A program made the translations under genes and the position numbers. Positions 36,830-46,946 of a DNA stretch of 64,000 bases are shown here, piece after piece. Below the pieces are notes generated by a model. That model was not told the DNA's origin. It was given only the letters and a program-made list of their open reading frames with translations, and did not search any database. Numbering within the stretch: position 1 is the first letter of the stretch; every line of letters begins with the position of its first letter. Where the stretch lies: the NCBI GenBank assembly GCA_021779915.1, contig JAJXZR010000015.1, positions 4,521 to 68,520 of the forward strand, read 5' to 3'. This DNA comes from a bacterium. GTDB lineage: Bacteria > Patescibacteriota > Minisyncoccia > CAIUEV01.

Positions 36830-37082
36830 TTTCGATATTTTTAGGTGTAATCTATTTAAAGACATAAACCAAAACAAGAAGTGTTTAATTATAAACTCTT
36901 ACGTCTTAAAACGCAAACGGTTATGAATAGATTGCAACTAAACTGTGCGAAAGCTTTTTTGTTCTAGTTGATAATTTGGTTTTGTTCAAAGATCCACTCG
37001 TTTATCCTAGTATCTTTTGAATTTGTTTTTTATAATAGAATTAATATCGCTCTAGTTTAAAAATAATAAATATAAACAGACA

Positions 37083-39656
37083 ATGAATAGTTCTACCGAA
37101 CAGTCCGCCATGATAGGCTGTAATGGTCTTAATTGCTCTTTTTGCTCTTTTCTGGAGACCATCCAGAATATATTTAATTGGCTATTGGGGATATCTTTTG
37201 CGATGGCAGTCCTTTTTATTGTCTTGGCAGGACTGGCATATTTATCAAGTTCGGGAGATAAAAAGCTCTTAGAAAGAGCAAGAAAGATTTTTATTTACAC
37301 AATTTATGGGTTTGCCTTTGTACTCGGTTCTTTTCTTTTTATCAATGTTTCCTTTTTGATTATTGGAGCAACTAACAAAAACACTTGGTTTCAAATTGAT
37401 TGCTCGGAAGGCTCTACTTTCCAGAAAACATCAAGTCCAGAGGCAGAAACGGCAGTGGCGGTTCCCAATTTGAATTTTGTTGATGCCGGCAACCTTTTCT
37501 TTTCAGCTCAAAACCCAAAGACAGTGACGGATTTAAATGTTGCGACTTTAACCCCCCAAACTTTACTCCAAGATGCTTTAGCCCTTTCAAATGGACAAAA
37601 AATTAGTTTTATAGGCGCAGAAAAAACCCTCAATGAAGACGAGATAAAAAAATATATAAACAAAGAGAAGGGTTTTTCTGTTTCATCTAGCGGAGACAGG
37701 GCGGAAGGGTCTATAATTGGAAATATTATAACTTTAAGAAGAGATGAAGACGGCATAAGTGTAATCCTGGAAGGGGAAGAACCACAAATACTAGGTGAAA
37801 TCAATCAAAACAGCTCCGCCAGCGATTCTGAAAAAATACTAAAAAACTTGATGGGTATCCTTTCCGAGAAAAGTAGCCAGGGAAATAAAATTTATGCTTT
37901 GAATGACAGAAATCAGGAAGAATCTTTTTCGATAGACGAAAAATCGTGTCTGGAAAGTGGTGGGGAAGTGACAGTTTTCCAAAACGAATGTATGGCAAGA
38001 AAATACACTTGTGGAGAAGAAAAAATCCTATGTTCCAGCAGTGAAAAAGAGGTTATGGGTTGCCAGTGTCCTCTTGGAAGCTGTCTTAAAGATCAAAAAT
38101 GCGTAAAAGTAGAAACAACAGCAGACCCTTCTTTGCAAAAAGATCAAGACAACGACAAAGTTCCAGATGATCTGGATCGTTGTCCCAACACCCCCAAGGG
38201 AGAAAAAATTAACGAAGACAGATCCAGCGCTGATTATGGTTGCGCCTGTTCTCAACTATCTTTAAACCAAAGAACTTGTCCTCAAAGCAGATGCGAAGGA
38301 CCTAATTTATTAACCTATCCTTCCTCGGGAAAAGATTCTTGCGTCGATGGCAAGAGGATTATTTTTTACTGCGAACCTAAAACTCAATATAACCCAACGT
38401 GCCAACAAAGTTTTGTTCCCAATATCCCTTCCACTAGTCAAAACAAAGGAAGTGGTGGAAGCAACCCTCCGATTGATTTATCTAGCCTTTTGGGCAAAGG
38501 AGGGTCAGGAAGTGGCAGTTCTGGTGGAGGATCAGGCAGTGGCGGTGGCAACGGTGGCGGTGGCGGAGGCACCAATCCTACTGGCGGAAACGGCAATACC
38601 AGCTCTCCATCCTCTCCGCTGCCTCCTTCTCAAAACACTTCTTTGACTCCTCAGGAAGCTTTTGAGGGAGGGAATGGTTCAGAAAAAGACCCTTTTGCAA
38701 TGAGCGACAGAGCTATACAAGAAGTTTTTTCTTACAATGAAGATACCGGAAAAATCGATTTGAACGAAAAATGGCAATCAAAATTGGGAGTTTGTGGCAA
38801 AGAAGCGTATCTTAAAATTCCTGAAAAGAAAAAAATTATTGATGCCCTAAATAAAAAAAAGGATGACAAAAATTCTTCCGACAACAAATCAAAAGATAGC
38901 TCCACTGATAATACTTCAAAAGATAAACCATCAGATAGTTCAGATAGTTCCTCAAGTAGTTCAGATAACAATTCCCCAACGGATAAATCTTCGGACAATT
39001 CAAACAAAGAAAAAATTTCAAAAGAAAATGCTGACCGTTTAGAAAAAGACAAGGACGCTATCAAGGCTCCCAACGGGACTGATGTCGTTGATAAAAAAAG
39101 CAACAAAACAACTACGGTTGATAAAAATAGTGATGGAAACGATCCAAGCAAGACCAAGGATGATTCTCTCAATCCCGACGATCAGCTTCTTAAAAGTTCT
39201 TCTAAAGGGTGTGGAATAAACTCTGATTATGTACCAAAAAATAGCAAAGAAAGTAAGGCACTTGAAAAAGGTCTAGTTAAGGCTGCCGATGACACTTTCA
39301 CAACAAAAAACAATGGTGCTTCAGACTTTTTTACTCCTGAAATCGCTGAAAAACTTGCCAAAGCATCTCAAATTGCTAGAGATGAATATGGTCTGGGACT
39401 AAATCTCACCAGTGGATACCGCTCTTATGAGGAACAAGCTTGGCTTTGGGCCAATCGAAGCGGTGTTCCCGTAGCTCCCCCAGGGTCATCCCGCCACGAG
39501 ACCGGCGAAGCAGTCGATGTCAGTCTAGTAAATTTGGATGGTAGTAGAATATCAATGAATGGAGAATGTAGAGCAGCTTTAAGAGATATAATGGTTAAAG
39601 GAGGATTGAGACCTCTCAACAGTGAGTGGTGGCATTTTTCTAGAGATGGTCACTAA
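37083..39656 (+). CDS. Pilin-like N-terminus fused to a Cys-rich/low-complexity stalk and a C-terminal M15 (D-Ala-D-Ala) peptidase
   Basis: Two-TM pilin-like hairpin; DQDNDKVPDDLDRCP repeat; SGYRS, SRHETGEAVD, EWWHF. Confidence 0.8.
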   Translation: MNSSTEQSAMIGCNGLNCSFCSFLETIQNIFNWLLGISFAMAVLFIVLAGLAYLSSSGDKKLLERARKIFIYTIYGFAFVLGSFLFINVSFLIIGATNKNTWFQIDCSEGSTFQKTSSPEAETAVAVPNLNFVDAGNLFFSAQNPKTVTDLNVATLTPQTLLQDALALSNGQKISFIGAEKTLNEDEIKKYINKEKGFSVSSSGDRAEGSIIGNIITLRRDEDGISVILEGEEPQILGEINQNSSASDSEKILKNLMGILSEKSSQGNKIYALNDRNQEESFSIDEKSCLESGGEVTVFQNECMARKYTCGEEKILCSSSEKEVMGCQCPLGSCLKDQKCVKVETTADPSLQKDQDNDKVPDDLDRCPNTPKGEKINEDRSSADYGCACSQLSLNQRTCPQSRCEGPNLLTYPSSGKDSCVDGKRIIFYCEPKTQYNPTCQQSFVPNIPSTSQNKGSGGSNPPIDLSSLLGKGGSGSGSSGGGSGSGGGNGGGGGGTNPTGGNGNTSSPSSPLPPSQNTSLTPQEAFEGGNGSEKDPFAMSDRAIQEVFSYNEDTGKIDLNEKWQSKLGVCGKEAYLKIPEKKKIIDALNKKKDDKNSSDNKSKDSSTDNTSKDKPSDSSDSSSSSSDNNSPTDKSSDNSNKEKISKENADRLEKDKDAIKAPNGTDVVDKKSNKTTTVDKNSDGNDPSKTKDDSLNPDDQLLKSSSKGCGINSDYVPKNSKESKALEKGLVKAADDTFTTKNNGASDFFTPEIAEKLAKASQIARDEYGLGLNLTSGYRSYEEQAWLWANRSGVPVAPPGSSRHETGEAVDVSLVNLDGSRISMNGECRAALRDIMVKGGLRPLNSEWWHFSRDGH

Positions 39657-39679
39657 ACTGGATTGAAGATGTTTACTAA

Positions 39680-40327
39680 TCAAACTGCCAGATTAGAATT
39701 TTGATAGTCTTTTTTGAAGAATTTTTTTGCGATTCGAAAGATTGAATCGGTGATGAAAAAAGCGCTAAAAACATCGATTGAATAGTGTAAATGACCCAGA
39801 ATGACGATTGTGGCAAAAAAGATCGACGCTATCAGGAAAAAAAATCGCAGATTCTTAATTTTCCAATAGACAAGCGCCATCAGAAAGGGAAGCCCCGTAT
39901 GGGCGGAAAAGAATAAGTCCCCTCCAAAAGTAAATAGACTGGAAATTAAGCCGTCCGAACTAACTGGCGCTCTAAGCGGAAATTCTGCAATGTGCGTAAG
40001 AGTAATAAAAACCGACCTGACCAAAATAAACAGGGCGATACTTTTTACAACAAAAGGTATAGTCTTGGGCCTATAAAGTATAATTGCCGTAACTACCACC
40101 CAAAAAAGAAAAAATCCATCTAGAAATATGGCGTCAACATCAAAAACCGGCAAGTTATCAAGGAGAATGTCACTTACCGAATTGCTTTGCCTCATATTTG
40201 CATAAGTCCCAGCGAAATAGTTGGCAAAAAAACTCAAAAACAAGAGAAATAAACTGACAGCCACCGAATATAAAAAATCTTTGCTTCTCCAAACACTATT
40301 TTTACTAAGGCTGAAAGTTTGTTTCAT
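39680..40327 (-). CDS. PAP2/sphingomyelin-synthase-like membrane protein
   Basis: GDLFFSAHT, HLHYSIDV. Confidence 0.8.
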   Translation of the reverse strand: MKQTFSLSKNSVWRSKDFLYSVAVSLFLLFLSFFANYFAGTYANMRQSNSVSDILLDNLPVFDVDAIFLDGFFLFWVVVTAIILYRPKTIPFVVKSIALFILVRSVFITLTHIAEFPLRAPVSSDGLISSLFTFGGDLFFSAHTGLPFLMALVYWKIKNLRFFFLIASIFFATIVILGHLHYSIDVFSAFFITDSIFRIAKKFFKKDYQNSNLAV

Positions 40328-40388
40328 TTTATGCCGTTGAGTAAATCGTGGATTTCAACTGCTGATTCTGAAGTTCTCACGAAAAAAA

Positions 40389-40886
40389 TTATTTATTTTG
40401 ATTCTGATTGGCAGGGTTACCAGGATTTCCCAATCCAGTCCCATTTGCCGGTCTGATTTGAATGTTATCGGCTGAAACGCTTCCATCGGTGTTGGCTTTT
40501 CCACTCACCATAACTGCCTCTCCTGTATTTAAATCAGCGGTTGTGCCTTGAACCGCCTTTCCAACCGCGGTAGAGTCGGAAAAATAGACAATTTTTGAAC
40601 CTCCATCCCTGGTTTTAATTGTTATACTCTTTTCATCTTTTGAAAGAATATCACCAGAAACAAACCCCCCGCCATTTGGACCTCCTCCTGGTCTTCCTTG
40701 ACCATTTGAACCTCCTTGTCCCGGTTGAAAATTTCCCCTGTTTCCTCCGCCATTAGCTCCTCCTCGTCCTTGCATCTGAGATCCCGTTTGACCCTTTTGA
40801 TAAACCGTCCCCCCATAAAACGACCCTCCGGAAATTAAGATCAGGAGGACAATCCCTCCTAGGATAAATTGGTTCTTTTTTGTCAT
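40389..40886 (-). CDS. DUF5666-like exported protein
   Basis: TM, Gly-rich linker, [29 protein letters not shown]. Confidence 0.7.
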   Translation of the reverse strand: MTKKNQFILGGIVLLILISGGSFYGGTVYQKGQTGSQMQGRGGANGGGNRGNFQPGQGGSNGQGRPGGGPNGGGFVSGDILSKDEKSITIKTRDGGSKIVYFSDSTAVGKAVQGTTADLNTGEAVMVSGKANTDGSVSADNIQIRPANGTGLGNPGNPANQNQNK

Positions 40887-40940
40887 TTGGTTATGGTTAA
40901 TTGATTAATTTTCAATTTCCAATTTTTAAACAAAAAATAC

Positions 40941-41036
40941 GTGTCATCCTCGGCGTGTCGACCGGGGATCCAGAAAAGTAATATTTTATTAGTCTAATAT
41001 AATTCTCCTGGATCCTCGCTTTCGCAAAGATGACAC
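40941..41036. repeat. REP-doublet element, type C (short)
   Basis: Inverted near-identical copy at 42396-42491. Confidence 0.9.
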
Positions 41037-41108
41037 ACTAGAAGATATTGTTTATCTAATTTTTAAATTAAGAAATTGAAAATTTATTGAAAATTGAAAA
41101 TTGGTCAT

Positions 41109-42326
41109 TTATTCATATCTTAACGCCTCGATCGGGCTTAGGTTTGCAGCACGTCTAGCTGGATAGAAGCCGAAAATAATTCCCACTCCCGCTGAAACTC
41201 CAAAAGCAAGAAGAACTGATGACAAGGAAACCTCTGTATTAAGACTGAAAAAGTCTTTTGCCCCTATGGAAGCCAGCCATCCCAAAACCACCCCCACTCC
41301 TCCTCCTAAAAAAGTGAGTACCACCGCCTCGGAAAGAAATTGCAAATTGATATAGATTTTTTTAATCCCAACTGCTTTTCGAAGGCCTATCTCTCGGGTT
41401 CTCTCCGTAACAGTCGTAAGCATCATATTCATAATCCCAATCCCTCCCACTAAAAGAGAAATTCCGGCAATAGAGGATAATAGTATTGTGAAAGTTCCCG
41501 TGATGCTGGAAGCGGTCGCTATAATATCCGTTTGGTTCATCAAATTAAAATCCGCCTGAGTAGGGTCGCTTATTTTGTGGCGCTTTAGAAGCAAGTCGGT
41601 AATATCCTGTTGCACTTGACCCATTGAAGATTGACTTTGAGCTGAAACACTGATAGTCGTAACAAAGTTATCCCCCGAGAGGAAGTGTTGAGCAGAGGTA
41701 ATGGGTACATAGATAGAATTATCCGGGTTAGTAAACCCTGAGCCACCCTTGGACTGCGCAACTCCAATCACTTGAAAATCAATGCCCTTAATCCGAATGT
41801 TTGATCCGATAGGGTTGGCATCCGTACCAAAAAGATCATCTCTAGCCGATGGACCAAGCACCGCCACCTTTGCCGAACTTTTTATTTGTTGATCCGTCAC
41901 AAAAGTACCGCTATCCATTTTAATGTTACGCACATCCAGATAGGCGGGGGTCGTCCCAATTACCTGGGTGTTAGTGTTGTTTCCTTTAGCTGTAATTTGA
42001 TAGCGCCTGGAAACTTCTGGAGCCACATTGGAAACACCATCCACTTGACTGGCTATGGCATCAGCGTCTTCTATAGTCAAAGTTTGAGCACTTCCTCTCC
42101 CGCTGCTTACCGGTCCGGCACCTCGCTGAGCCCCTGGAGAAATAATAATAAGATTTGATCCTATTGACTGGATACTGCTTTGAATAGTAGCTTGGGCTCC
42201 CTGCCCAATGGAAACCATAGTAATCACCGAAGCAATCCCGATCACAATACCCAAAATTGTCAAGCTGGATCGAGCAATATTCCCCGCAAGCGACCAAATT
42301 GTTTCTCTAAAAAGATCGAGGAACAT
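41109..42326 (-). CDS. MacB-type ABC permease
   Basis: RSSLTILGIVIGI, GGIGIMNMML..VTERTREIGLRKAVG, PIEALRYE. Confidence 0.92.
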   Translation of the reverse strand: MFLDLFRETIWSLAGNIARSSLTILGIVIGIASVITMVSIGQGAQATIQSSIQSIGSNLIIISPGAQRGAGPVSSGRGSAQTLTIEDADAIASQVDGVSNVAPEVSRRYQITAKGNNTNTQVIGTTPAYLDVRNIKMDSGTFVTDQQIKSSAKVAVLGPSARDDLFGTDANPIGSNIRIKGIDFQVIGVAQSKGGSGFTNPDNSIYVPITSAQHFLSGDNFVTTISVSAQSQSSMGQVQQDITDLLLKRHKISDPTQADFNLMNQTDIIATASSITGTFTILLSSIAGISLLVGGIGIMNMMLTTVTERTREIGLRKAVGIKKIYINLQFLSEAVVLTFLGGGVGVVLGWLASIGAKDFFSLNTEVSLSSVLLAFGVSAGVGIIFGFYPARRAANLSPIEALRYE

Positions 42327-42395
42327 AAATTAATTTAATTTTCAAACAATTTTTAATTGATTAATTTTACAATTAGATAAACAATATCTTCTAGT

Positions 42396-42491
42396 GTGTC
42401 ATCCTTGCGAAAGCGAGGATCCAGGAGAATTATATTAGACTAATAAAATATTACTTTCCTGGATCCCCGGTCGACACGCCGAGGATGACAC
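42396..42491. repeat. REP-doublet element, type C (reverse orientation)
   Basis: Reverse complement of 40941-41036. Confidence 0.9.
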
Positions 42492-42558
42492 ATATTTTTT
42501 GTTTAAAACATTTGAAAATTAATCAATTAAAAATTGTTTGAAAATTGGAAATTGGAAA

Positions 42559-43245
42559 TTATTTTTTCTTATTTTTCCTATCGCTCTCAATTTTCCCGTC
42601 TCTAATTGAAATTATTCTTTCGGCGTAGTCAGCCACTTCGTCTTCGTGAGTGATGATTACTATGGTATGACCTCTATCATGCAATTCTTGAAAATATTCC
42701 ATAACAAGCTTGCTGGTTTTTGAATCGAGATTTCCCGTAGGTTCGTCTGCCAGTAATATTGAAGGGTTGTTGATGAGAGCTCTGGCAATTGCCACTCTTT
42801 GCATCTGACCTCCAGAAAGTTGATTGGAAAGATTGTAAAATTTACTTTCTTCCATTCCCGCGTATTTAAGGGCTTCTCGTGCCCGAGTTTCCCGCTCTTT
42901 TATCGGAACGCCTGAGTAAAGTAGTGGTAACATAACATTTCGAAGAACCGTCGTTCTTTTTAGCAAATTGAAAGACTGAAAAACAAAACCGATTTTATCT
43001 TTGCGAAGCTCAGACAATTCATTTTCCTTAAGCTTTGAAACTTCCTTTCCATCCAAAAAATACTCTCCACTAGTGGGATTGTCCAAAGCTCCTATAATGT
43101 GCATCAATGTTGACTTTCCAGAACCACTGGGACCAATAATCGAAACAAATTCTCCTTTTTCAACAAAAAAAGTCACATTATTAAGCGCCACTGTCTCAAC
43201 ATCTCCATTTTTGTAAATTTTAGTCAGATTTCGGCAATCGATCAT
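42559..43245 (-). CDS. MacB/LolD-type ABC ATP-binding protein
   Basis: GPSGSGKS, LSGGQMQR, ADEPTGNLD. Confidence 0.95.
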   Translation of the reverse strand: MIDCRNLTKIYKNGDVETVALNNVTFFVEKGEFVSIIGPSGSGKSTLMHIIGALDNPTSGEYFLDGKEVSKLKENELSELRKDKIGFVFQSFNLLKRTTVLRNVMLPLLYSGVPIKERETRAREALKYAGMEESKFYNLSNQLSGGQMQRVAIARALINNPSILLADEPTGNLDSKTSKLVMEYFQELHDRGHTIVIITHEDEVADYAERIISIRDGKIESDRKNKKK

Positions 43246-43249
43246 TAAA

Positions 43250-43366
43250 TCAGTTTATCAAGTTTATAAAGTTATAAAGTTCATAAAGTAAAGATTCAGA
43301 TAAACATTAATTAGAAAAATCAAATCCGATCAACTTTATAAACTTTATGAACTTGATAAACTTTTT
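43250..43366. repeat. 9-mer-repeat hairpin (AAGTTTATA ... TAAACTTTA)
   Basis: Periodic arms in inverted orientation; related units at about 44748-44784. Confidence 0.75.
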
Positions 43367-43375
43367 AACTAATTG

Positions 43376-44587
43376 TTAGTCCCTCGGTCCACCTCCGAAT
43401 CCGGGAAGATGAAGCCCGCCTCCTCCGCCACCTGGTCTCGAGGCGGAATTAGTGTTCTTGTTGGTATTACTGCTATTACTGTTTCCATTAATAGTTTTAG
43501 TCACTATTTTATCCCCCTCGCTCACTCCACTGGTTATTTCTGTTTCCGTGTTGTTGGAAATACCCACTTCCACATTGACTTCTTGCGGAGTTTGACCCCT
43601 CAGAATTTCAACCGTGTTAACTCCGTTTTGTGTTTTCAGAGCTCCGCTTTGAATAATGATTGCATCTTGTTTCACGGCTGTTATAATCGAAGCAGAAACA
43701 CTCATCTGAGGTTTTATACGTTCGTCCAGCGTGTCCAAGCCGATTGTTACGTTGTAAGTTACAACTCCTTGCGATAAGGTTCCTAGGGAATCGATTTTTT
43801 CCACTTTACCTGAAACCGAAAGTCCATTCAGAGAGTCAAAAGTAAGCATCGCTTTCTGTCCCACGCTGACATTGGCAATATCTACCTCGCTCACTGCAAC
43901 TTGAGCCTTTAAGGTGCTGAGATCTCCAATTACTATCGGAGAACTAGTTGTTGAATTGGAAGATGACTTCCCCAAATCGTCTCCATTTTTTACATTTATC
44001 TCGTTGACAATTCCACTAATTGGAGCGGTAACGCTTCTTTCATCTGCAATCGATTGTTGATTTGCAAGATCGGCATTTGAAGAATCCAAACTTTTTTGAG
44101 CAGCTTCAATACCGTTTTCTGCGACATCTATTTTTTTCTTAAGAACATCCAATTGTCTCTTAGTAAAACTTCCTGGGGTTGTTTTGTTTTTTTTGATGGC
44201 GGCATAATAGTCAGCTTCGGCCGATTTTTTGGTTACCTTAGCCGAATCAACAGCATTACCTGACTGTTCTTGAGAAGCTATTGATTTTGATACATTTACA
44301 CTCAATTGATCGTTTACTATTTCAAAAAGCAACTGCCCTTTTTCCACTTTATCCCCCACATTAACCGATAAATTAGCGACTGTGCCGGAAATGGTCGGAT
44401 CTACTGTAGCCAGCTGATCGACAATCACATTTCCACTGCCTGAAACCGACGAAGTGATCGTGCCTTTTGTAGCGTCCTCCGTCACATATTGGGTTTGAGT
44501 TTGACTGGTAGTTGAACTTTTATACCAATAATACCCTCCCACCGCTATCAGGACTATAACGATCACTATGTACGTTTTTTTCATCAT
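43376..44587 (-). CDS. MacA/HlyD-family membrane fusion protein
   Basis: GTVANLSVNVGDKVEKGQ, APISG, VSEVDI. Confidence 0.9.
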   Translation of the reverse strand: MMKKTYIVIVIVLIAVGGYYWYKSSTTSQTQTQYVTEDATKGTITSSVSGSGNVIVDQLATVDPTISGTVANLSVNVGDKVEKGQLLFEIVNDQLSVNVSKSIASQEQSGNAVDSAKVTKKSAEADYYAAIKKNKTTPGSFTKRQLDVLKKKIDVAENGIEAAQKSLDSSNADLANQQSIADERSVTAPISGIVNEINVKNGDDLGKSSSNSTTSSPIVIGDLSTLKAQVAVSEVDIANVSVGQKAMLTFDSLNGLSVSGKVEKIDSLGTLSQGVVTYNVTIGLDTLDERIKPQMSVSASIITAVKQDAIIIQSGALKTQNGVNTVEILRGQTPQEVNVEVGISNNTETEITSGVSEGDKIVTKTINGNSNSSNTNKNTNSASRPGGGGGGLHLPGFGGGPRD

Positions 44588-44834
44588 TTATGGTTAATAT
44601 TTTTAGATTAAACGACACAAACACAAAGTTATGGTAACAGAAAAATAACCATTCTTCCAAGTCCCCTCAAGTGGTTTCTTGCGGGAACTGTTCGAGCAAA
44701 AAAACAAATTCCACTGCAAGAAACCAATTGAAAGGACTTCACTAGTCCATAAAGTTAGAAAGTTTATAAAGTTTATAAAGTAAATGTTTTCCAACACACT
44801 ACTATATTGAGCTTCTTGCATCCCGAGCCTTTCT

Positions 44835-44883
44835 TGTCATCCCGAGCTTGTCGAGGGATCCCTCGGCTTCGCTCGGGATGACA
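44835..44883. repeat. GTCATCC-family REP doublet variant without interior
   Basis: TGTCATCCCGAGCTTGTCGAGGGATCCCTCGGCTTCGCTCGGGATGACA. Confidence 0.8.
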
Positions 44884-44962
44884 ACTTCACTCAAAGCAAA
44901 AGTAACAATTATAATGCTCGACTTGACTCAGGACACATACTAAATTAACTAATCTACTAACC

Positions 44963-45538
44963 CTAGTTCCTCGCATTATCAAAAACTCTGATCAAATCCG
45001 CGTTCACTGTTCCGTTATCTCCGGGACTTCCGATAACTACTATCTGATCGCCAGCTTTTAAGTCAGTTATTTTCAGATCGTCTTGATGGTATTTAATAAA
45101 GGTTTTGTCGGTAACTGTGACTGTGTTTTCTTTTCCGTCTTGATCCACAACAACTATGTTATTATCCGATACGGAAACAATTTTACCAGAAACTCCATGG
45201 GCATTGCGAAAACCTCGACCTTCAAAATCACCGGATTCCCCTCCTTGCCCAGGAAAAAAATCAGATCCCGGAAAATTGGAAGAAAAAGGATGCCTGTCTC
45301 TACCCATAAAATTTTTCTCATAATTATCGGAAAATTTTCCAGAAAACCTGGCTTTGTGGATGCCAACCTCAATTCCACCGGCAAAACTAACCAGAGCAAT
45401 CAAAACAGCTCCCAAGACATAAACACCTATTTTAAACTTGTTTGCCTGCCGGCCAGCAATCAGGGATTTTATCGTTTCCATTTTGGATTTGATAGGATAT
45501 TCTTTAGCCGAACCCTCTTTTATTGAATCTTGTTTCAT
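44963..45538 (-). CDS. DUF5666-like exported protein
   Basis: TM; GKIVSVSD...DLKAGDQIVVIG..GTVNADLIRV. Confidence 0.7.
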   Translation of the reverse strand: MKQDSIKEGSAKEYPIKSKMETIKSLIAGRQANKFKIGVYVLGAVLIALVSFAGGIEVGIHKARFSGKFSDNYEKNFMGRDRHPFSSNFPGSDFFPGQGGESGDFEGRGFRNAHGVSGKIVSVSDNNIVVVDQDGKENTVTVTDKTFIKYHQDDLKITDLKAGDQIVVIGSPGDNGTVNADLIRVFDNARN

Positions 45539-45939
45539 ACGTATTTATGGTTATGTTTGTTATTATGCTCTTTATAATAGCTAAGTGAAAGGAAAAAAAT
45601 AAAAACCGGAAGTAAAATAGCAATCGCACTTGCAGTAGGGAAGTTCTCTAAGAGAGATATAAAAAATTCATTGTAATATTGTGCGACAACATTAAAGTCT
45701 GAAAACAAAAGCTTTAACATACTCCAAAAATCCGAAGAAAAAAAGGCTTGAGAAAAAGTCGAATAGGAAAACAAAAAAAGCAACCCAGAAAAAGCCAGGC
45801 TTGATCGAAGTAATAACAATCCAAATCTCGCTTTTTTCTCTTTCTCGATTTCAATCTCCTTCAAAATAGCCTTCTTAAGTGAAGGGGGGGGATTAATCTC
45901 AGCCAAATTTTGAAACATTTTTTTTAGTTCTTTACTCAT
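45535..45939 (-). CDS. Membrane protein, putative anti-sigma factor
   Basis: PPPSLKKAIL N-terminus and two TMs; follows the ECF sigma gene. Confidence 0.55.
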   Translation of the reverse strand: MSKELKKMFQNLAEINPPPSLKKAILKEIEIEKEKKARFGLLLLRSSLAFSGLLFLFSYSTFSQAFFSSDFWSMLKLLFSDFNVVAQYYNEFFISLLENFPTASAIAILLPVFIFFLSLSYYKEHNNKHNHKYV

Positions 45940-45948
45940 GCTTTGTAG

Positions 45949-45975
45949 TACGAAAGGGCTTAGAAATAAGGTGCA
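45949..45975 (-). promoter_or_regulatory. Candidate ECF promoter TGCACC-N17-CGTA
   Basis: Resembles SigW-type TGAAAC/CGTA; 9 nt before the ATG at 45939. Confidence 0.45.
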
Positions 45976-45986
45976 AGGTTATTCTA

Positions 45987-46118
45987 AATGACGAATTACT
46001 AATGACGAATGTCGAATCAATGACGAAATTCAAAAATCAAAATATTTTAATCTTCGGATCCTAGATTTGATTCGACATTCGTCATTAGTAATTCGTCATT
46101 TATTCGTCATTCATCATT
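45987..46118. repeat. 7-mer-repeat hairpin (ATGACGA ... TCGTCAT)
   Basis: Related copy at 51981-52123. Confidence 0.8.
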
Positions 46119-46128
46119 TCTTGCTTAT

Positions 46129-46692
46129 CTACTCCTCATAAAATTTTCTTAAATACTCCACTCCTCTCTTATATCGGCTTTTTACAGTATTGTAGGGTTT
46201 GCCGATGATTTCGGAAATTTCTTTCAGGGAAAATCCTTCTTTGTAATGCATAAATAAAATAGCTCTATAAATTACAGGTAATTTATTAATCGCCTTTTCC
46301 ATTTTACTTTTTAACTGTTTTTGCTCGACTGATTCCATTAAATCTGTTTTTTCTTCCAGGGTTTCTTCGAGATAGTTTCGACCATTTTTATCAACAAAAA
46401 AGGCAAAAGGAATGGATTTTTTCTTTCGAAGGTGGTCAAAAGCGGTATTTTTAGCAATCGTAAAAAGCCAAGTTTTGAACTTTTTGTTTTGCTCAAAACG
46501 GCCTAAGTTTTTCCAGGCTTTGAAAAAAGTTTCCTGAGTCAGATCCTCAGCAACACTATAGTTTCCCACCATTTGATTAATAAAATTAAGTATCGGTTTC
46601 AAATATCTGTCCAAAAGTATTGGAAAGGCAGATTCGTCCCCGAGAAAAAAATTCCGAACTATTTCTTCGTCACTAATGATGCTCATTATCAA
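46129..46692 (-). CDS. ECF sigma-70 factor
   Basis: AEDLTQETF, FKTWLFTIAKN, SLKEISEI..NTVKSR. Confidence 0.92.
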   Translation of the reverse strand: MIMSIISDEEIVRNFFLGDESAFPILLDRYLKPILNFINQMVGNYSVAEDLTQETFFKAWKNLGRFEQNKKFKTWLFTIAKNTAFDHLRKKKSIPFAFFVDKNGRNYLEETLEEKTDLMESVEQKQLKSKMEKAINKLPVIYRAILFMHYKEGFSLKEISEIIGKPYNTVKSRYKRGVEYLRKFYEE

Positions 46693-46710
46693 GAAAAGTT
46701 TTATTAATAT

Positions 46711-46929
46711 GTGTCATCCCCGGCGTGTCGACCGGGGATCCAGGAGAGTGGAAAATTACTCTAATTAACCTAATTATACTAATTGACCTAAAAAAGCACC
46801 AAATACCAATAAATAAATTTTTTTAAATTGGTTCTTGGGATTTTGTTTAGAATAATTAGGTTAATTAGAGTAATTAGAATAATTGGTGAGACTAACCTGG
46901 ATCCCCTGTCGACACGCCGGGGATGACAC
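46711..46929. repeat. REP-doublet element, type A (reverse orientation)
   Basis: Both ends carry the GGCGTGTCGACC-type hairpin. Confidence 0.9.
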
Positions 46930-46946
46930 AAAGAAAACCCATCAAT

